A DNA stretch of 64,000 nt from an uncultured Gammaproteobacteria bacterium. GTDB lineage: Bacteria > Patescibacteriota > Microgenomatia > UBA12405. Location: assembly GCA_964544275.1 (NCBI GenBank), contig CAZIZX010000004.1, positions 20,251 to 84,250 of the forward strand, written 5' to 3'. Under the pieces are notes generated by a model, which did not search any database, was not told where the DNA came from, and was given only the letters and a program-made list of their open reading frames with translations. This document shows positions 30,116 to 40,200 of this stretch, in pieces. The position numbers were made by a program, and so were the translations under genes. Every line of letters starts with the position of its first letter. Position 1 is the stretch's first letter.

Positions 30116-30186
30116 AGCGGCTAGAGGGAATTGAACCCTCGACCTATCCTTGGGAAGGACATATTTTACCACTAAACTATAGCCGC
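30116..30186 (-). tRNA. tRNA-Gly(CCC)
   Basis: Reverse complement GCGGCTATAGTTTAGTGGTAAAA...TTCCCAA...GGTTCAATTCC. Confidence 0.93.
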
Positions 30187-30195
30187 ACTTTCGTC

Positions 30196-30813
30196 CTATT
30201 CTATCACAGACGAAGTTTCGATTCTGGGTATTTCCAATACCATTCCAATCTCAATCTCGGAGGGATTCACTACCTGACTTTTATTAGCCTCCCAAATATT
30301 CACCCAACGAAAACCATCGCCGTAGGCTGCTACCGCCAACTTCCACAAGTGATCACCCTTCACCACTGTATATTTTTCTCCTTCAGTAATCTTTGAAACT
30401 ATTCTTTCGCTTTCTTGAACACCCTCCTGCTCCATTTTGGGCAGCAGTAACTTTTGACCAACTTCAATGAGTCCAACGTTCTCTATGTTATTCAAACTAG
30501 CAATATCCTTCCAAGCATAACCATTGTTTAATTTATTCTCCGCAATTCTCCACAAGCTATCACCGGCCACTACTTCATAAGTATTGCCATCCACAGTTAC
30601 CCTATCTTCTCCCGATCCTTGGCCAGAATTATCACTTAAAGATAAATTTTCAAAACTGCTTATACCCGGGATATCAATACTCCCCCTCCTTTTTTGGACA
30701 AAATTTACCACCAACCCAATTACCACAACCACCACCAATAATCCCAAAAACATACTGACGATTTCCTCTGCCGAATTTACTCCCAATTTATCTTTTATCC
30801 CATTTATTTTCAT
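30196..30813 (-). CDS. Membrane protein with two LysM domains
   Basis: YEVVAGDSLWRIA and YTVVKGDHLWKLA repeats after an N-terminal TM. Confidence 0.88.
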   Translation of the reverse strand: MKINGIKDKLGVNSAEEIVSMFLGLLVVVVVIGLVVNFVQKRRGSIDIPGISSFENLSLSDNSGQGSGEDRVTVDGNTYEVVAGDSLWRIAENKLNNGYAWKDIASLNNIENVGLIEVGQKLLLPKMEQEGVQESERIVSKITEGEKYTVVKGDHLWKLAVAAYGDGFRWVNIWEANKSQVVNPSEIEIGMVLEIPRIETSSVIE

Positions 30814-30877
30814 TTACTTAAAATTAAATATTATTATCTATAACAAATTTACACCAAATCTATCCTATAGTCAATTA

Positions 30878-31186
30878 CTAGCCTGTTTTTTTTCTGACCA
30901 CAATATCTCTCTCAAAATTATTTCCCGATCCTGAGCCAAATTTATTTAATTTATTTATAAAATTATTGATTAATCTCATATTAATTTCATATATTCTTTG
31001 TTTTCCTTTTGTATTTACCTTCACTAAATTAGCTTTTCTCAATACCGCCAAATGACTGGACAAAGTAGCCTGTGTAATCTCAAAAAACTCCAGAATATAA
31101 TTCACCGATAATCCTCCCTTCTTTTTTAACAAGGTCAAAATTTTCCTTCTGTTTCTATCTGCCAAAGCTTTAAATATCTTATCCAC
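30878..31186 (-). CDS. ArsR/SmtB-family transcription regulator
   Basis: FKALAD.NRRKIL and TQATLSSHLAVLRKANLV motifs. Confidence 0.9.
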   Translation of the reverse strand: MDKIFKALADRNRRKILTLLKKKGGLSVNYILEFFEITQATLSSHLAVLRKANLVKVNTKGKQRIYEINMRLINNFINKLNKFGSGSGNNFERDIVVRKKTG

Positions 31187-31194
31187 ACCTTTAT

Positions 31195-31216
31195 TATATA
31201 GATATTTATCTATATA
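31195..31216. promoter_or_regulatory. Putative ArsR-family operator (10-2-10 palindrome)
   Basis: TATATAGATA-TT-TATCTATATA is a perfect inverted repeat 9 nt upstream of the regulator's start. Confidence 0.65.
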
Positions 31217-31316
31217 TCAATATTTGTAATTATATTCACCATCAGCAATAGGTTGGTCTTGATATTACCCCGGTAAAATGTAAAAATCAGAAACATTACT
31301 TATTCAACACGTATTT

Positions 31317-31919
31317 ATGGATATTAAAAAAGAAAAAACCCTCGTTGTTATCAAACCCGATGGAATTCAAAGAACTTTAATTGGTGAGATTATCAGAAGA
31401 TACGAAAGGTCCGGCTTAAAATTAATTGCCCTTAAGCTACTGGTTCCCAGCCCTGAACTGATCGACAAACACTACACGGTTGATCCTGAGTGGAAAGCTA
31501 AAACCGGCGCCAAAGCCATTGAATCATATAAGACTCAAAACAAAACCCCACCCTCTGAAAATCCAGTTGAGGTAGGGGATAAAGTATTGGCTAATTTAGT
31601 CAAATATATGTCATCAGGCCCTGTTGTAGCTATGGTCTGGCAGGGGATGCATGCAGTTAGCGTAGTTCGAAAAATTTGCGGTTCAACCGAACCTAGAACT
31701 TCAGATGTTGGCACCATCAGAGGTGACCTAACCATTGATTCTTACGAAATTGCCGATATTGACGGCCGATCGGTCCGAAATCTTGTCCACGCCTCCAGCT
31801 CAGTTGAAGAAGCCGAAAAAGAAATTAGTCTCTGGTTTATGCCCGAAGAACTAATCAACTATCGTCTCATCAGTGAAGAAATCCTCTACGACATCAACCT
31901 GGATGGAATTCTGGAATAA
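31317..31919 (+). CDS. ndk: Nucleoside diphosphate kinase
   Basis: TLVVIKPDG, GPVVAMVW, GTIRGD and NLVHAS motifs. Confidence 0.93.
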   Translation: MDIKKEKTLVVIKPDGIQRTLIGEIIRRYERSGLKLIALKLLVPSPELIDKHYTVDPEWKAKTGAKAIESYKTQNKTPPSENPVEVGDKVLANLVKYMSSGPVVAMVWQGMHAVSVVRKICGSTEPRTSDVGTIRGDLTIDSYEIADIDGRSVRNLVHASSSVEEAEKEISLWFMPEELINYRLISEEILYDINLDGILE

Positions 31920-31947
31920 AAAAACGTGATATTATAAGGTTTAATAT

Positions 31948-32580
31948 ATGGGCCTAGAAACCGGACGAATATTCATAATCACCGGACCGTCTGGTACAGG
32001 TAAAGACGCCATCTTTAGTCATCTCCTTCATCAATATCCCCACATCCGAAGAATCGTCACTGATGCCGCCCGCCAACCTCGCAATGGAGAGATTAATGGT
32101 GTCGACTATAACTTTGTATCACCACGACAATTTCAACAAAACATTACTGACGGAATATATGCCGAGTACGTACCCTACGGCGGAGGCAAGGCCACCAAAC
32201 GGACTGATCTACTTCAAGTCCTCAATGGACAAAGTGTCTTCTGGAGAATTGACCCCAGCCGCGCCACCGAAATTCAAGCCTTTTATCAAGATAAATTCTC
32301 TCCTATAGAAGCAGAAGTTCTGACCAACAATACCCAGGTTTTATATATCGGCACCGAACGATTGACAATTCTTAAAGATCGTTTTTTTGCCCGGGATCCA
32401 AAAGCATCCAGAACTGATTTCCTAAAAAGAATAAGAGAAGACTGGACTGAATGGCAAAAGTATGAGGTTAAGATGGAACACGGCACCAACATCCGATACA
32501 GCCTTTTGATAAACCTAAACGGTCAGCTAGACACCACCCTAACCCAAGCCACAGAAATTGTTGCCAGGTCTCTATCGTAA
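31948..32580 (+). CDS. Guanylate kinase-like protein
   Basis: GPSGTGK P-loop and RQPRNGEINGVDYNF; the C-terminal half is divergent. Confidence 0.75.
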   Translation: MGLETGRIFIITGPSGTGKDAIFSHLLHQYPHIRRIVTDAARQPRNGEINGVDYNFVSPRQFQQNITDGIYAEYVPYGGGKATKRTDLLQVLNGQSVFWRIDPSRATEIQAFYQDKFSPIEAEVLTNNTQVLYIGTERLTILKDRFFARDPKASRTDFLKRIREDWTEWQKYEVKMEHGTNIRYSLLINLNGQLDTTLTQATEIVARSLS

Positions 32581-32582
32581 CA

Positions 32583-34481
32583 TCAACCGGCACCACCTCC
32601 GCCACCACCTCCGCCTCCTCCGCCACCTCCAGACGATCCTCCCGAGGAACCAACCCCCGAAGCTCCGTAACTAGAACTGGAAACACTAGAAATGCTTGAT
32701 ATGGCATTTGAAATCGAGGAAATACTTGACGAGAAGCTGGTCATATTCCCAGTCGTACTCAAACCCCAATACATCGCTCCCGCCCGCATATCCGTCTCTG
32801 GAAACTTCACTGGCAGCTGACTCAAAACTTTCTCCGACACCCCCAGCACCGTTCCATATACCAAATACTTTTCCCACAAAACAATCGAATCTATAGGGGA
32901 TTCTTTAGTCTTACCATACTCTTTCAAATGCTTTTTAAAAGCCAACCAAGACGCCGCTTCAAAACTACCCTTCTCAGTTCTCTTTTCCCCGTATCTTCTA
33001 AACATCGATGAAAGCATCGCCAACAAAAACGTCATAACTGCCCCCAAGATGGGTATCCACCTAATTGAATCCACTACCATTTGCCTTACTATGTAAACCT
33101 GAACCCAAAGAATCAACCAAAATACCAGATAACCATAGTTTTTTTTCTCGCTGGAAAATTCATTCAGATAACCTTCTTTCAGATTCTTGACCAATACTGT
33201 TTTCGGCAAACTTTCTCTAAAAAATTTCTGACAATAAACCTGGTTACTTCGGCAATAGTTGACAATATCGTCCAGCGCCAGCGTGTCTTTTTCTACCCCA
33301 CCAACCATCACCTTTCTTAAATTTATTCTTTTCAGAAAATTTATCACCCCCTCTTGTACAGATGTTGGACTTTTCTCCCCGAAAATATCTTCAAGATAAT
33401 ACTTGTAATTCTTAAAAATAATCCCTTCCTTCTGGTCACTTCTCACTAAACGATAATATCTATCCTGAATCAGCGACAAAACAGTAGCCGTAAAGGCTTT
33501 AGGAGTCAGATCTTCCCTTCCATTTATCAACTGCTCAATCTGAGCCGGGTCAATATCACTTGGCGGTTCCCACAATCTTCCTGATAAATTCACCTGTGGT
33601 AACGGTGCATCTTTTCCATGTCGCCAGAACTCACGCAACTTTACTACAAAATAACAGGCGGCAAACAAACTCAAACCCAGCGACACCCATACCCACCCCA
33701 TTGCCCGATTGGTCCTACTCTCCAACTGCCTTCTTGTCTCATTGATGAATCCCTCTTCCTCCTGAATAATTTCCTGCCTAGTACCACTTTCCACCGCTCC
33801 GCCACTAAATATCTCTCGTGGTAACAAAATTCTGGCCTCAAAAAAATCTTTTTCCTTTAGACTTCCCAATTCATAGACCACCAAATCATTCTGTGGAATC
33901 GACACTCTACCTGACAATGGTCCGTGTGCATATGCTGTAACCTCATCATCACCCAGACCGGCCGGTAACATTATATTTGCCTTTATATTCTTTTGCGCCA
34001 ACTCCCACTCATTCCCAATCAGTTTCCAATAAACTTCGGCCACATTGTCCCGCAAAGTAACCACATTTACCACATCATAACTTAATTTAAATGTCTTTCT
34101 TTGACCACTGGCTCTATAAAACCACTTAACATAATAAGTATCAAATCTCTCTTCCACATAAAAAAATCCTGGCGTCCTCATAGAATCCAAAGTAGCAGTT
34201 TGACTCCTTTCTACCTGTTCATAACAAGTTACCTCATCACACAACTCAAAACCACTCAAAATATAGGGTGTATTTCTTCCTCCCGATTTCTTTATCTCCT
34301 GGTAAGCAAAGGTATAATCACCATCAAAGTTGTAAACCCTTTCCTCAGTCACACTCATCGACCCATCATCCGTCACCCTTATTCCAATATTTACCTGATC
34401 AATAGAATAAGACCTGGCATGAATACTTCCTGGAAAAAATAAACCTATAGCGAAAACCACCCATAAAAGCCTTTTTACCAT
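32583..34481 (-). CDS. DUF2207 family membrane protein
   Basis: Signal peptide, DGSMSVTE, WEKYLVYGTVLG and a Gly/Ser-rich tail ending GGGGGAG. Confidence 0.85.
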   Translation of the reverse strand: MVKRLLWVVFAIGLFFPGSIHARSYSIDQVNIGIRVTDDGSMSVTEERVYNFDGDYTFAYQEIKKSGGRNTPYILSGFELCDEVTCYEQVERSQTATLDSMRTPGFFYVEERFDTYYVKWFYRASGQRKTFKLSYDVVNVVTLRDNVAEVYWKLIGNEWELAQKNIKANIMLPAGLGDDEVTAYAHGPLSGRVSIPQNDLVVYELGSLKEKDFFEARILLPREIFSGGAVESGTRQEIIQEEEGFINETRRQLESRTNRAMGWVWVSLGLSLFAACYFVVKLREFWRHGKDAPLPQVNLSGRLWEPPSDIDPAQIEQLINGREDLTPKAFTATVLSLIQDRYYRLVRSDQKEGIIFKNYKYYLEDIFGEKSPTSVQEGVINFLKRINLRKVMVGGVEKDTLALDDIVNYCRSNQVYCQKFFRESLPKTVLVKNLKEGYLNEFSSEKKNYGYLVFWLILWVQVYIVRQMVVDSIRWIPILGAVMTFLLAMLSSMFRRYGEKRTEKGSFEAASWLAFKKHLKEYGKTKESPIDSIVLWEKYLVYGTVLGVSEKVLSQLPVKFPETDMRAGAMYWGLSTTGNMTSFSSSISSISNAISSISSVSSSSYGASGVGSSGGSSGGGGGGGGGGGGGAG

Positions 34482-34678
34482 TACCCTAATTTATCATCTT
34501 CTCCAAAAAAAATCTGCCCAAACAAGCAGGGGTTTTCTGCGGAGCAGGTGGGTCTGGAACCTTTCTATCCCTATAACACCCTGTCTTATTCTACTCTCTC
34601 TTTGTGCCTAAATAAGACAAATAAGACACTATAAAAAAGGAGTGTCTCAAAACCAGTGATCTATTTTGAACTATATAG

Positions 34679-35293
34679 CTACTCAAGACAGTGTGAAGTG
34701 TCATTCCAGCATTGAAGTTTCCATCTTTCATCCTCATAAGTAAAAATACAGACCCCAGTATTGCTTAATCGTAAAAAACTTTTAAGTTTTAAAGATACTC
34801 CAACCGGAAAATTATCCCCCAACAGCATTAATCCAGCCATTAAAGCGATAAAGTTGGCGTGAGACACAACCAAGATATTTTCTTTGTTATGAGACTTTAA
34901 AAACTCTAATGCTGCCAACCCTCGCTTCTTTAAATCTTCAAAATTTTCCTCGTCTGAATAGTGCCAGCTAGGGTCAACTGTATACATTTCACCAATCTTT
35001 TTGAAAATGGCTTTAATTTCTTCATTCTCTTTCGACTTGCCAATCAATTCTTTTGGTTTTCTGGTTTCGGCAAACAGTTCACTAATCTGGACGTTCTCAT
35101 TTATTGCTTTTGCAGTTTGGACCGCCCGGAGGTGCGGACTGGAAACAATTAAATCTAAGTGTGTTTTGGTAAATCTTTTACCAAGTTCTTTGGCTTGTTC
35201 CAAGCCTCGTTGGTTTAGAGGTTCTTCATTGGGCTGGCTGATTTTCTTTTCTAAAGAATCAGTGGAACCATGGCGGACGAAGTATACCTTCAT
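34679..35293 (-). CDS. Histidine phosphatase (PGM family)
   Basis: MKVYFVRHG, SSP..RA.QTA, VSH and SNTG...WND.SH motifs. Confidence 0.9.
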   Translation of the reverse strand: MKVYFVRHGSTDSLEKKISQPNEEPLNQRGLEQAKELGKRFTKTHLDLIVSSPHLRAVQTAKAINENVQISELFAETRKPKELIGKSKENEEIKAIFKKIGEMYTVDPSWHYSDEENFEDLKKRGLAALEFLKSHNKENILVVSHANFIALMAGLMLLGDNFPVGVSLKLKSFLRLSNTGVCIFTYEDERWKLQCWNDTSHCLE

Positions 35294-35309
35294 GTTATGA
35301 TCATAGCAT

Positions 35310-35981
35310 ATGGAAAATAAGGAGCTATGGGACTTATTAATGACTGAATACAAACTACTTTTCGAGAACGTGTGGGAGTTTGGGGGTGGTTATGGTTTTC
35401 GCTATCATCACGGAATTCGAGTCATGAAATATTGTCAAAAGATAGCTAAATTTCCTAGATTCAAAGATAAGAATCTAAATATCGACGCCTTATTAACTGC
35501 CGCTTTATTTCATGATATTGGCAAAATTGAAGCAGTTAATGAAAACGGACAATTAGTTTATGGAAATTATGGCGGCATCAGTCACGACGCATTAGGAGCG
35601 CAAGTGGCTCCAAAATATTTAGAAAAATATATTAATGATCAAGAACTTATCGACTTAATATGTTTAATAATTTCTGAGCAGGAAGGTAAAAATACTCCGA
35701 CACGAGTTGAATCAAAAATAATCAAAGATGCCGACAGGTTAGACCACTACGGTGTCCTTCATCTGTGGTGTTCCATCACTCATGCCAATTATCACAAGAA
35801 GAATATTGAAGGCTTACAAGAATTTTGGGAAGGGGAAGAAGGAAGATCGTTATATGAGGCTAACTTCTCCAAATTCTTTTTTCCGGAAGTTAAAAGAATC
35901 GCCGAAAATCGATTTGCTAACTTAACAAAGACTACCGAATTAATGTCTAGTGAGGAAGAAGGTTTGGATATTCTTTTTTAA
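35310..35981 (+). CDS. HD-domain phosphohydrolase
   Basis: H..RV, ALFHDIGK, H...GA and DADRLD motifs. Confidence 0.85.
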   Translation: MENKELWDLLMTEYKLLFENVWEFGGGYGFRYHHGIRVMKYCQKIAKFPRFKDKNLNIDALLTAALFHDIGKIEAVNENGQLVYGNYGGISHDALGAQVAPKYLEKYINDQELIDLICLIISEQEGKNTPTRVESKIIKDADRLDHYGVLHLWCSITHANYHKKNIEGLQEFWEGEEGRSLYEANFSKFFFPEVKRIAENRFANLTKTTELMSSEEEGLDILF

Positions 35982-37385
35982 TTGACTAAAAAGGAAAAGA
36001 TAATGAAGAATATAGATATAAAAAGTCTTATTAAGGACAATGTAATGTCGGCCGACGAAATCCTGGAATATATTAATGGAAATATCCCCTATGTTGGAAA
36101 AGATTTATCCAATGTAGTTCTATACAAGAATTATAAAGAGTGGAAACAGATTTTAGAGAAATACCCAAAATCGCAAATTATTAATACAAGTAGAAGGAAA
36201 ATATTATTTGATAAAGAAATGCGGAGCCTTGTTATACCAACTAATGAAGGAAATTTTAAAGGTTTCCAATATTCAATACAAGTAAAAGTGTTGAATTATT
36301 TACTGGGCACAAATATTACCTATCAAGAGATTGATCTTCATGATGAAAAAGAATTGTGGAATGAATGGACTTTACGGTTAATCAATAATTGTAAGAACTA
36401 CTCAGTTTCAAACATAACAGGAACTATCGTCGGTAGTATCAATAATACTTATTTTAGATTCAGTAAGTATTTAAATCATCCCATCCTTTGCAATTTGGAT
36501 GGATTCTATAAATCCATATTATCAACGGTGGAATTTAGGAAATATCTTGAGTACAGATTAGATTTAATTTTGGCCGAAGAAGATCTAGTGCTCGGTCGTC
36601 ATCAATTTGATAAAACCTTGTTCATCGATTTTCAACACATTCCTCTTCCTTCAAAAATGGATTATCAAAAATGCGTTGTTGCCAAGGACTATATCTATGA
36701 CCGACCAAATAGACTAGCCAAATTAAATTCAAACGAAAACTTAATTGATTACATTAAAGCTGATTATATTTATTCTCTTGATAGATTGAATCAAACAAAC
36801 TCTATTGATCCTGTATTTCAATCGGAAAATCCTATCATTGTTCGGGATTCATTATTGAGTTATCAGTTAATAAATACCGGGAAGGAATGGCTTATTAATT
36901 TTGACTGGGTTTCATCGAGTCAAATAAATAAAGCCCTGGAAATAATTTCCGGAAACTTTAATATTACCCATTTCTACAATTTTGGAAAATGTGGTTATTT
37001 CGGTAAACGCCTAAAAATCGGCGATTTGGTCAAGCCGATATCTTGTAAAAAGTATCCTGGGACAGGAGGAGAGATTAATTTCATTAATAACATTAGAGTC
37101 GGAACAGAATGCAAGAATTTAACAGTGGACTCGCCCCTTCTCGAGACTCGACCAGGGTTGGTGAATGAAGCAAAAAGCTTCGGATATTCGTCAATAGAAA
37201 TGGAGTTGTTTTATATGCTTAAGGCTCTTAAACCGCATTCCAAAAAATATATTTGTTACTATGTTTCCGATACGCCACTTTCAAATACCAAGTTATCTGT
37301 CAGACTCGACTCTTTAAAGCCTAGGCTGGAAGTTCTCGAAGAAATATTCAATGAAATAGTAAAAAATCATTTTATTGCTCAATAA
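35982..37385 (+). CDS. Protein with C-terminal nucleoside phosphorylase-like domain and unknown N-terminal region
   Basis: FGKCG....LKIGDLV, TVDSPLLET, IEME and VSD resemble the PNP/UDP family. Confidence 0.55.
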   Translation: MTKKEKIMKNIDIKSLIKDNVMSADEILEYINGNIPYVGKDLSNVVLYKNYKEWKQILEKYPKSQIINTSRRKILFDKEMRSLVIPTNEGNFKGFQYSIQVKVLNYLLGTNITYQEIDLHDEKELWNEWTLRLINNCKNYSVSNITGTIVGSINNTYFRFSKYLNHPILCNLDGFYKSILSTVEFRKYLEYRLDLILAEEDLVLGRHQFDKTLFIDFQHIPLPSKMDYQKCVVAKDYIYDRPNRLAKLNSNENLIDYIKADYIYSLDRLNQTNSIDPVFQSENPIIVRDSLLSYQLINTGKEWLINFDWVSSSQINKALEIISGNFNITHFYNFGKCGYFGKRLKIGDLVKPISCKKYPGTGGEINFINNIRVGTECKNLTVDSPLLETRPGLVNEAKSFGYSSIEMELFYMLKALKPHSKKYICYYVSDTPLSNTKLSVRLDSLKPRLEVLEEIFNEIVKNHFIAQ

Positions 37386-37545
37386 ATCTGCAAATGGTAT
37401 ACTACTTTCAAAGCGTTTGAGGTGAAATCCAATCACCAATGCAGATTGGGGTAAAAAACCAATCCGGGGATGCCCGTTATAGCAAATTAAGACTTGGTTG
37501 AGGTGGCACCTCCTGACACGGCCGCAACCCACGATTTGTGTGTCC
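37386..37545 (+). ncRNA. T-box riboswitch leader (Ser specifier) upstream of serS
   Basis: Stem I ATCTGCA..TGCAGAT with GGTGAAA and TCC-A; stem II GATTGG..CCAATC; CCCGTTA; antiterminator bulge TGGCACC at 37504-37510. Confidence 0.75.
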
Positions 37546-37565
37546 ATTAGTGGTTAATATATTCT

Positions 37566-38810
37566 ATGCTAGATATTAAATTCATTAGGGATAATGTTGA
37601 TATTGTTAAAGAAGGTGTCAGAAATAAAAATTATGACGACCAAATTGTTGATCAATTATTAGAAAAGGATTCGGAAAAAAGAAAAATTCAAACAAAAGTA
37701 GAAACGTTAAAAGGAGAAAAAAATAAACTTGGACCTGAACAGGCAGAACGAGGTAAAGAAATAAAATTAGAGCTAAAAGAATTAGAGGAAAAACTTAAGC
37801 AGGAAGAAGTTTCTTTAAATGATTTGCTAAATGAAATTCCAAATATTCCTTTAAAAGGGGTACCTGTAGGAAAAGGCGAGGAAGGAAACGTGGAGATCAA
37901 AAAATGGGGAGAGCCAAGAAAGTTCGACTTTGTGCCAAACAACCATTTGGATATAGGCAAAAAATTAGGAATATTAGACTTCGAGACAGGTTCTAAGGTT
38001 GCTGGATCACAGTTTTATTATCTTTATGGAGATGGGGCATTACTCGAGTTAGCTCTAGTTCAATATGCATTTAATTTATTATCAAAAGAAGGCTTTACTC
38101 CAGTTATTACTCCAGATGTAGCAAAATCTCGTTATTATCTTGGGACTGGTTATTCACCTCGCGGAAAAGAAGCTCAGACTTACAAAATTGAAGGTGAAGA
38201 TTTAGGTCTAATTGCTACAGCAGAAGTTACTTTAGCTGGCAAACATGCTGACGAAATTCTGTCACAAAGCATTCTTCCAATTAAATATGTAGGGTATTCA
38301 CATTGCTTTAGACGTGAGGCTGGATCCTACGGTAAATATTCAAAAGGTTTGTATAGAGTACATCAATTTACTAAAGTTGAAATGTTCATTTATAGTACCG
38401 CCGAAGACTCAAACAAATATCATGAACAGATTCTCAGCCTAGAAGAAAAAATATATCAAAATTTAGGATTGCCTTATAGAGTGCTTGAAATGTGCTCTGG
38501 GGATTTGGGAGCAATGGCAGCCAGAAAGTTTGATATTGAAGCCTGGATGCCTGGCAGGAATGAATATGGAGAGGTCACTTCTACCTCTAATTGCACGGAT
38601 TACCAGGCTAGGAACTTGAATATTAAATATAAAGCCAAAGACGGATCCACAAAATATGTTCATATGTTAAATGGCACAGCCATAGCAACATCTAGAACAC
38701 CATTGGCAATTTTGGAAAATTATCAAAATGAAGATGGCACTGTAACTATTCCTGAAGTGTTACGACCTATTATGGGTAAGGACAAGATCTTGTTGCCTAA
38801 ATCAATTTAA
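37566..38810 (+). CDS. serS: Seryl-tRNA synthetase
   Basis: MLDIKFIR, LIATAE, FRREAG...GLYRVHQF.KVE, EVTSTSNCTDYQAR and NGTA motifs. Confidence 0.97.
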   Translation: MLDIKFIRDNVDIVKEGVRNKNYDDQIVDQLLEKDSEKRKIQTKVETLKGEKNKLGPEQAERGKEIKLELKELEEKLKQEEVSLNDLLNEIPNIPLKGVPVGKGEEGNVEIKKWGEPRKFDFVPNNHLDIGKKLGILDFETGSKVAGSQFYYLYGDGALLELALVQYAFNLLSKEGFTPVITPDVAKSRYYLGTGYSPRGKEAQTYKIEGEDLGLIATAEVTLAGKHADEILSQSILPIKYVGYSHCFRREAGSYGKYSKGLYRVHQFTKVEMFIYSTAEDSNKYHEQILSLEEKIYQNLGLPYRVLEMCSGDLGAMAARKFDIEAWMPGRNEYGEVTSTSNCTDYQARNLNIKYKAKDGSTKYVHMLNGTAIATSRTPLAILENYQNEDGTVTIPEVLRPIMGKDKILLPKSI

Positions 38811-39445
38811 TAGCTAATTAGGCTTCTGGCTAATTCTAATGCCTTATCTGCCTTAACAATTCCGTCTTCAAAGTTCTTAGGAACTTCTTTAGTAAAGATT
38901 TCTTTTTGATGTTTTGGATTTACGAATAGAAGGTAGCAGGTATTAGCGTAGGCTCCATTTCTAAAAAACACACCTGGTTGAGTTCCCCATAAAGTGAAAC
39001 CAATTTTCTCAGCAACTTTTATTGCCCCGACATTTGGTTCACGCACATAAGCTCTAATAGTTGATCTATTTATTTGATCGCATGCAAACCAAATGCTAGC
39101 CAAACTCACTAAACTAGCAACTCCTTTGCCCCACCATTCCTGATCCCAGATAGCCAATCCCTGAGTACACGATCCAATATCATCAACTTCATTTAAACTG
39201 ACAATCCCTATTGGCTCGTTTGTATCAGTAGAAGCAATTATCCAAGCATAATCCCGATTTGATTTTGAAATTCTTTCATGCCACTCTTTTTCCATCTCTA
39301 TTGTTGGTGCCCCGATCAAAGTTGTCCATAGATTAGTTTTAAAGTTGGACAAGCCAGTCGAGATCTTCGGTATATCATCCGGAACTGCCGGTCTCAAACA
39401 AATACTTAGCTTCTCATTTTTAATGGAAAAATTCATACCAAACAT
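38807..39445 (-). CDS. GNAT acetyltransferase, RimJ/RimL-like
   Basis: LRP, WWGKGVAS and N.GAIKVAEKIGF motifs. Confidence 0.8.
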   Translation of the reverse strand: MFGMNFSIKNEKLSICLRPAVPDDIPKISTGLSNFKTNLWTTLIGAPTIEMEKEWHERISKSNRDYAWIIASTDTNEPIGIVSLNEVDDIGSCTQGLAIWDQEWWGKGVASLVSLASIWFACDQINRSTIRAYVREPNVGAIKVAEKIGFTLWGTQPGVFFRNGAYANTCYLLFVNPKHQKEIFTKEVPKNFEDGIVKADKALELARSLISY

Positions 39446-39489
39446 AAAAAGTATTATACTACGCTTATTATTTTCAATAAATGTTACAT

Positions 39490-40200
39490 ATGATAAAAGC
39501 TGTTATTTTTGATTTAGACGGGACAATTATCACTGAGGACCATATTCAAGAAGGTTTAAAGTATGTCTACCGCAGAAATTCAAAATTTCTTAAAGATATC
39601 AGCCTTTCTGCTTTTTTGTCAGCAAACGAAAAGGCTGTCCAGCATATAATTGAACTCCGTAAAAAAGGCTCAATACTGCTTCATCAAACCGGAATACGGA
39701 TATGGTATGAAGTTTTATCTGACCTAAATATACCGTTGAGTGCTGAACTAGTTTATTCCATGTACAAAGATTTACAGAAGTTTATTTTAGAAAACATTAA
39801 GCTAGATCCTGAATTCATTCCGTTGGTAGAAGAGATAAAAGCAAAGGGGATTAAAATTGGAATACTGTCAAATGGCCTGTTTATTGAGAGATTTGAGCGT
39901 GTAGCCAAAGTAAAAATTATTAATTACATTAATGTGTTGGTTTCTTCTGATATGTTGGGGGTTGAGAAGCCCAATATAAAAATATTTAAGTATATCTGCG
40001 ATTTATTAGAAGTCGATCCCAAGGAAACAGTCTATGTTGGCAATGATTCTTATCAGGACATAAGAGGTGCTCAAAACACTGGAATGATCCCAATATTACT
40101 TGCCAAGAAAGGAGTTGAAGAACAAAAAACACTGGGATCGGTTACGATAGCCAGAAGTTTTGGAGAAATCCAAAAAATTTTAAACAATTTAATACCTTAA
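39490..40200 (+). CDS. HAD-family hydrolase
   Basis: FDLDGTI, LSNG, EKP and VGND...DI.GA motifs. Confidence 0.88.
   Translation: MIKAVIFDLDGTIITEDHIQEGLKYVYRRNSKFLKDISLSAFLSANEKAVQHIIELRKKGSILLHQTGIRIWYEVLSDLNIPLSAELVYSMYKDLQKFILENIKLDPEFIPLVEEIKAKGIKIGILSNGLFIERFERVAKVKIINYINVLVSSDMLGVEKPNIKIFKYICDLLEVDPKETVYVGNDSYQDIRGAQNTGMIPILLAKKGVEEQKTLGSVTIARSFGEIQKILNNLIP

Noticed and set aside
32586-32700. CCA/CCT/CCG triplet repeat tract
   Set aside because: It encodes the normal poly-Gly/Ser tail of DUF2207 proteins and is not a separate repeat element.
37314-37547. 77-aa minus-strand ORF upstream of serS
   Set aside because: It overlaps the T-box structure and is better explained as non-coding leader.
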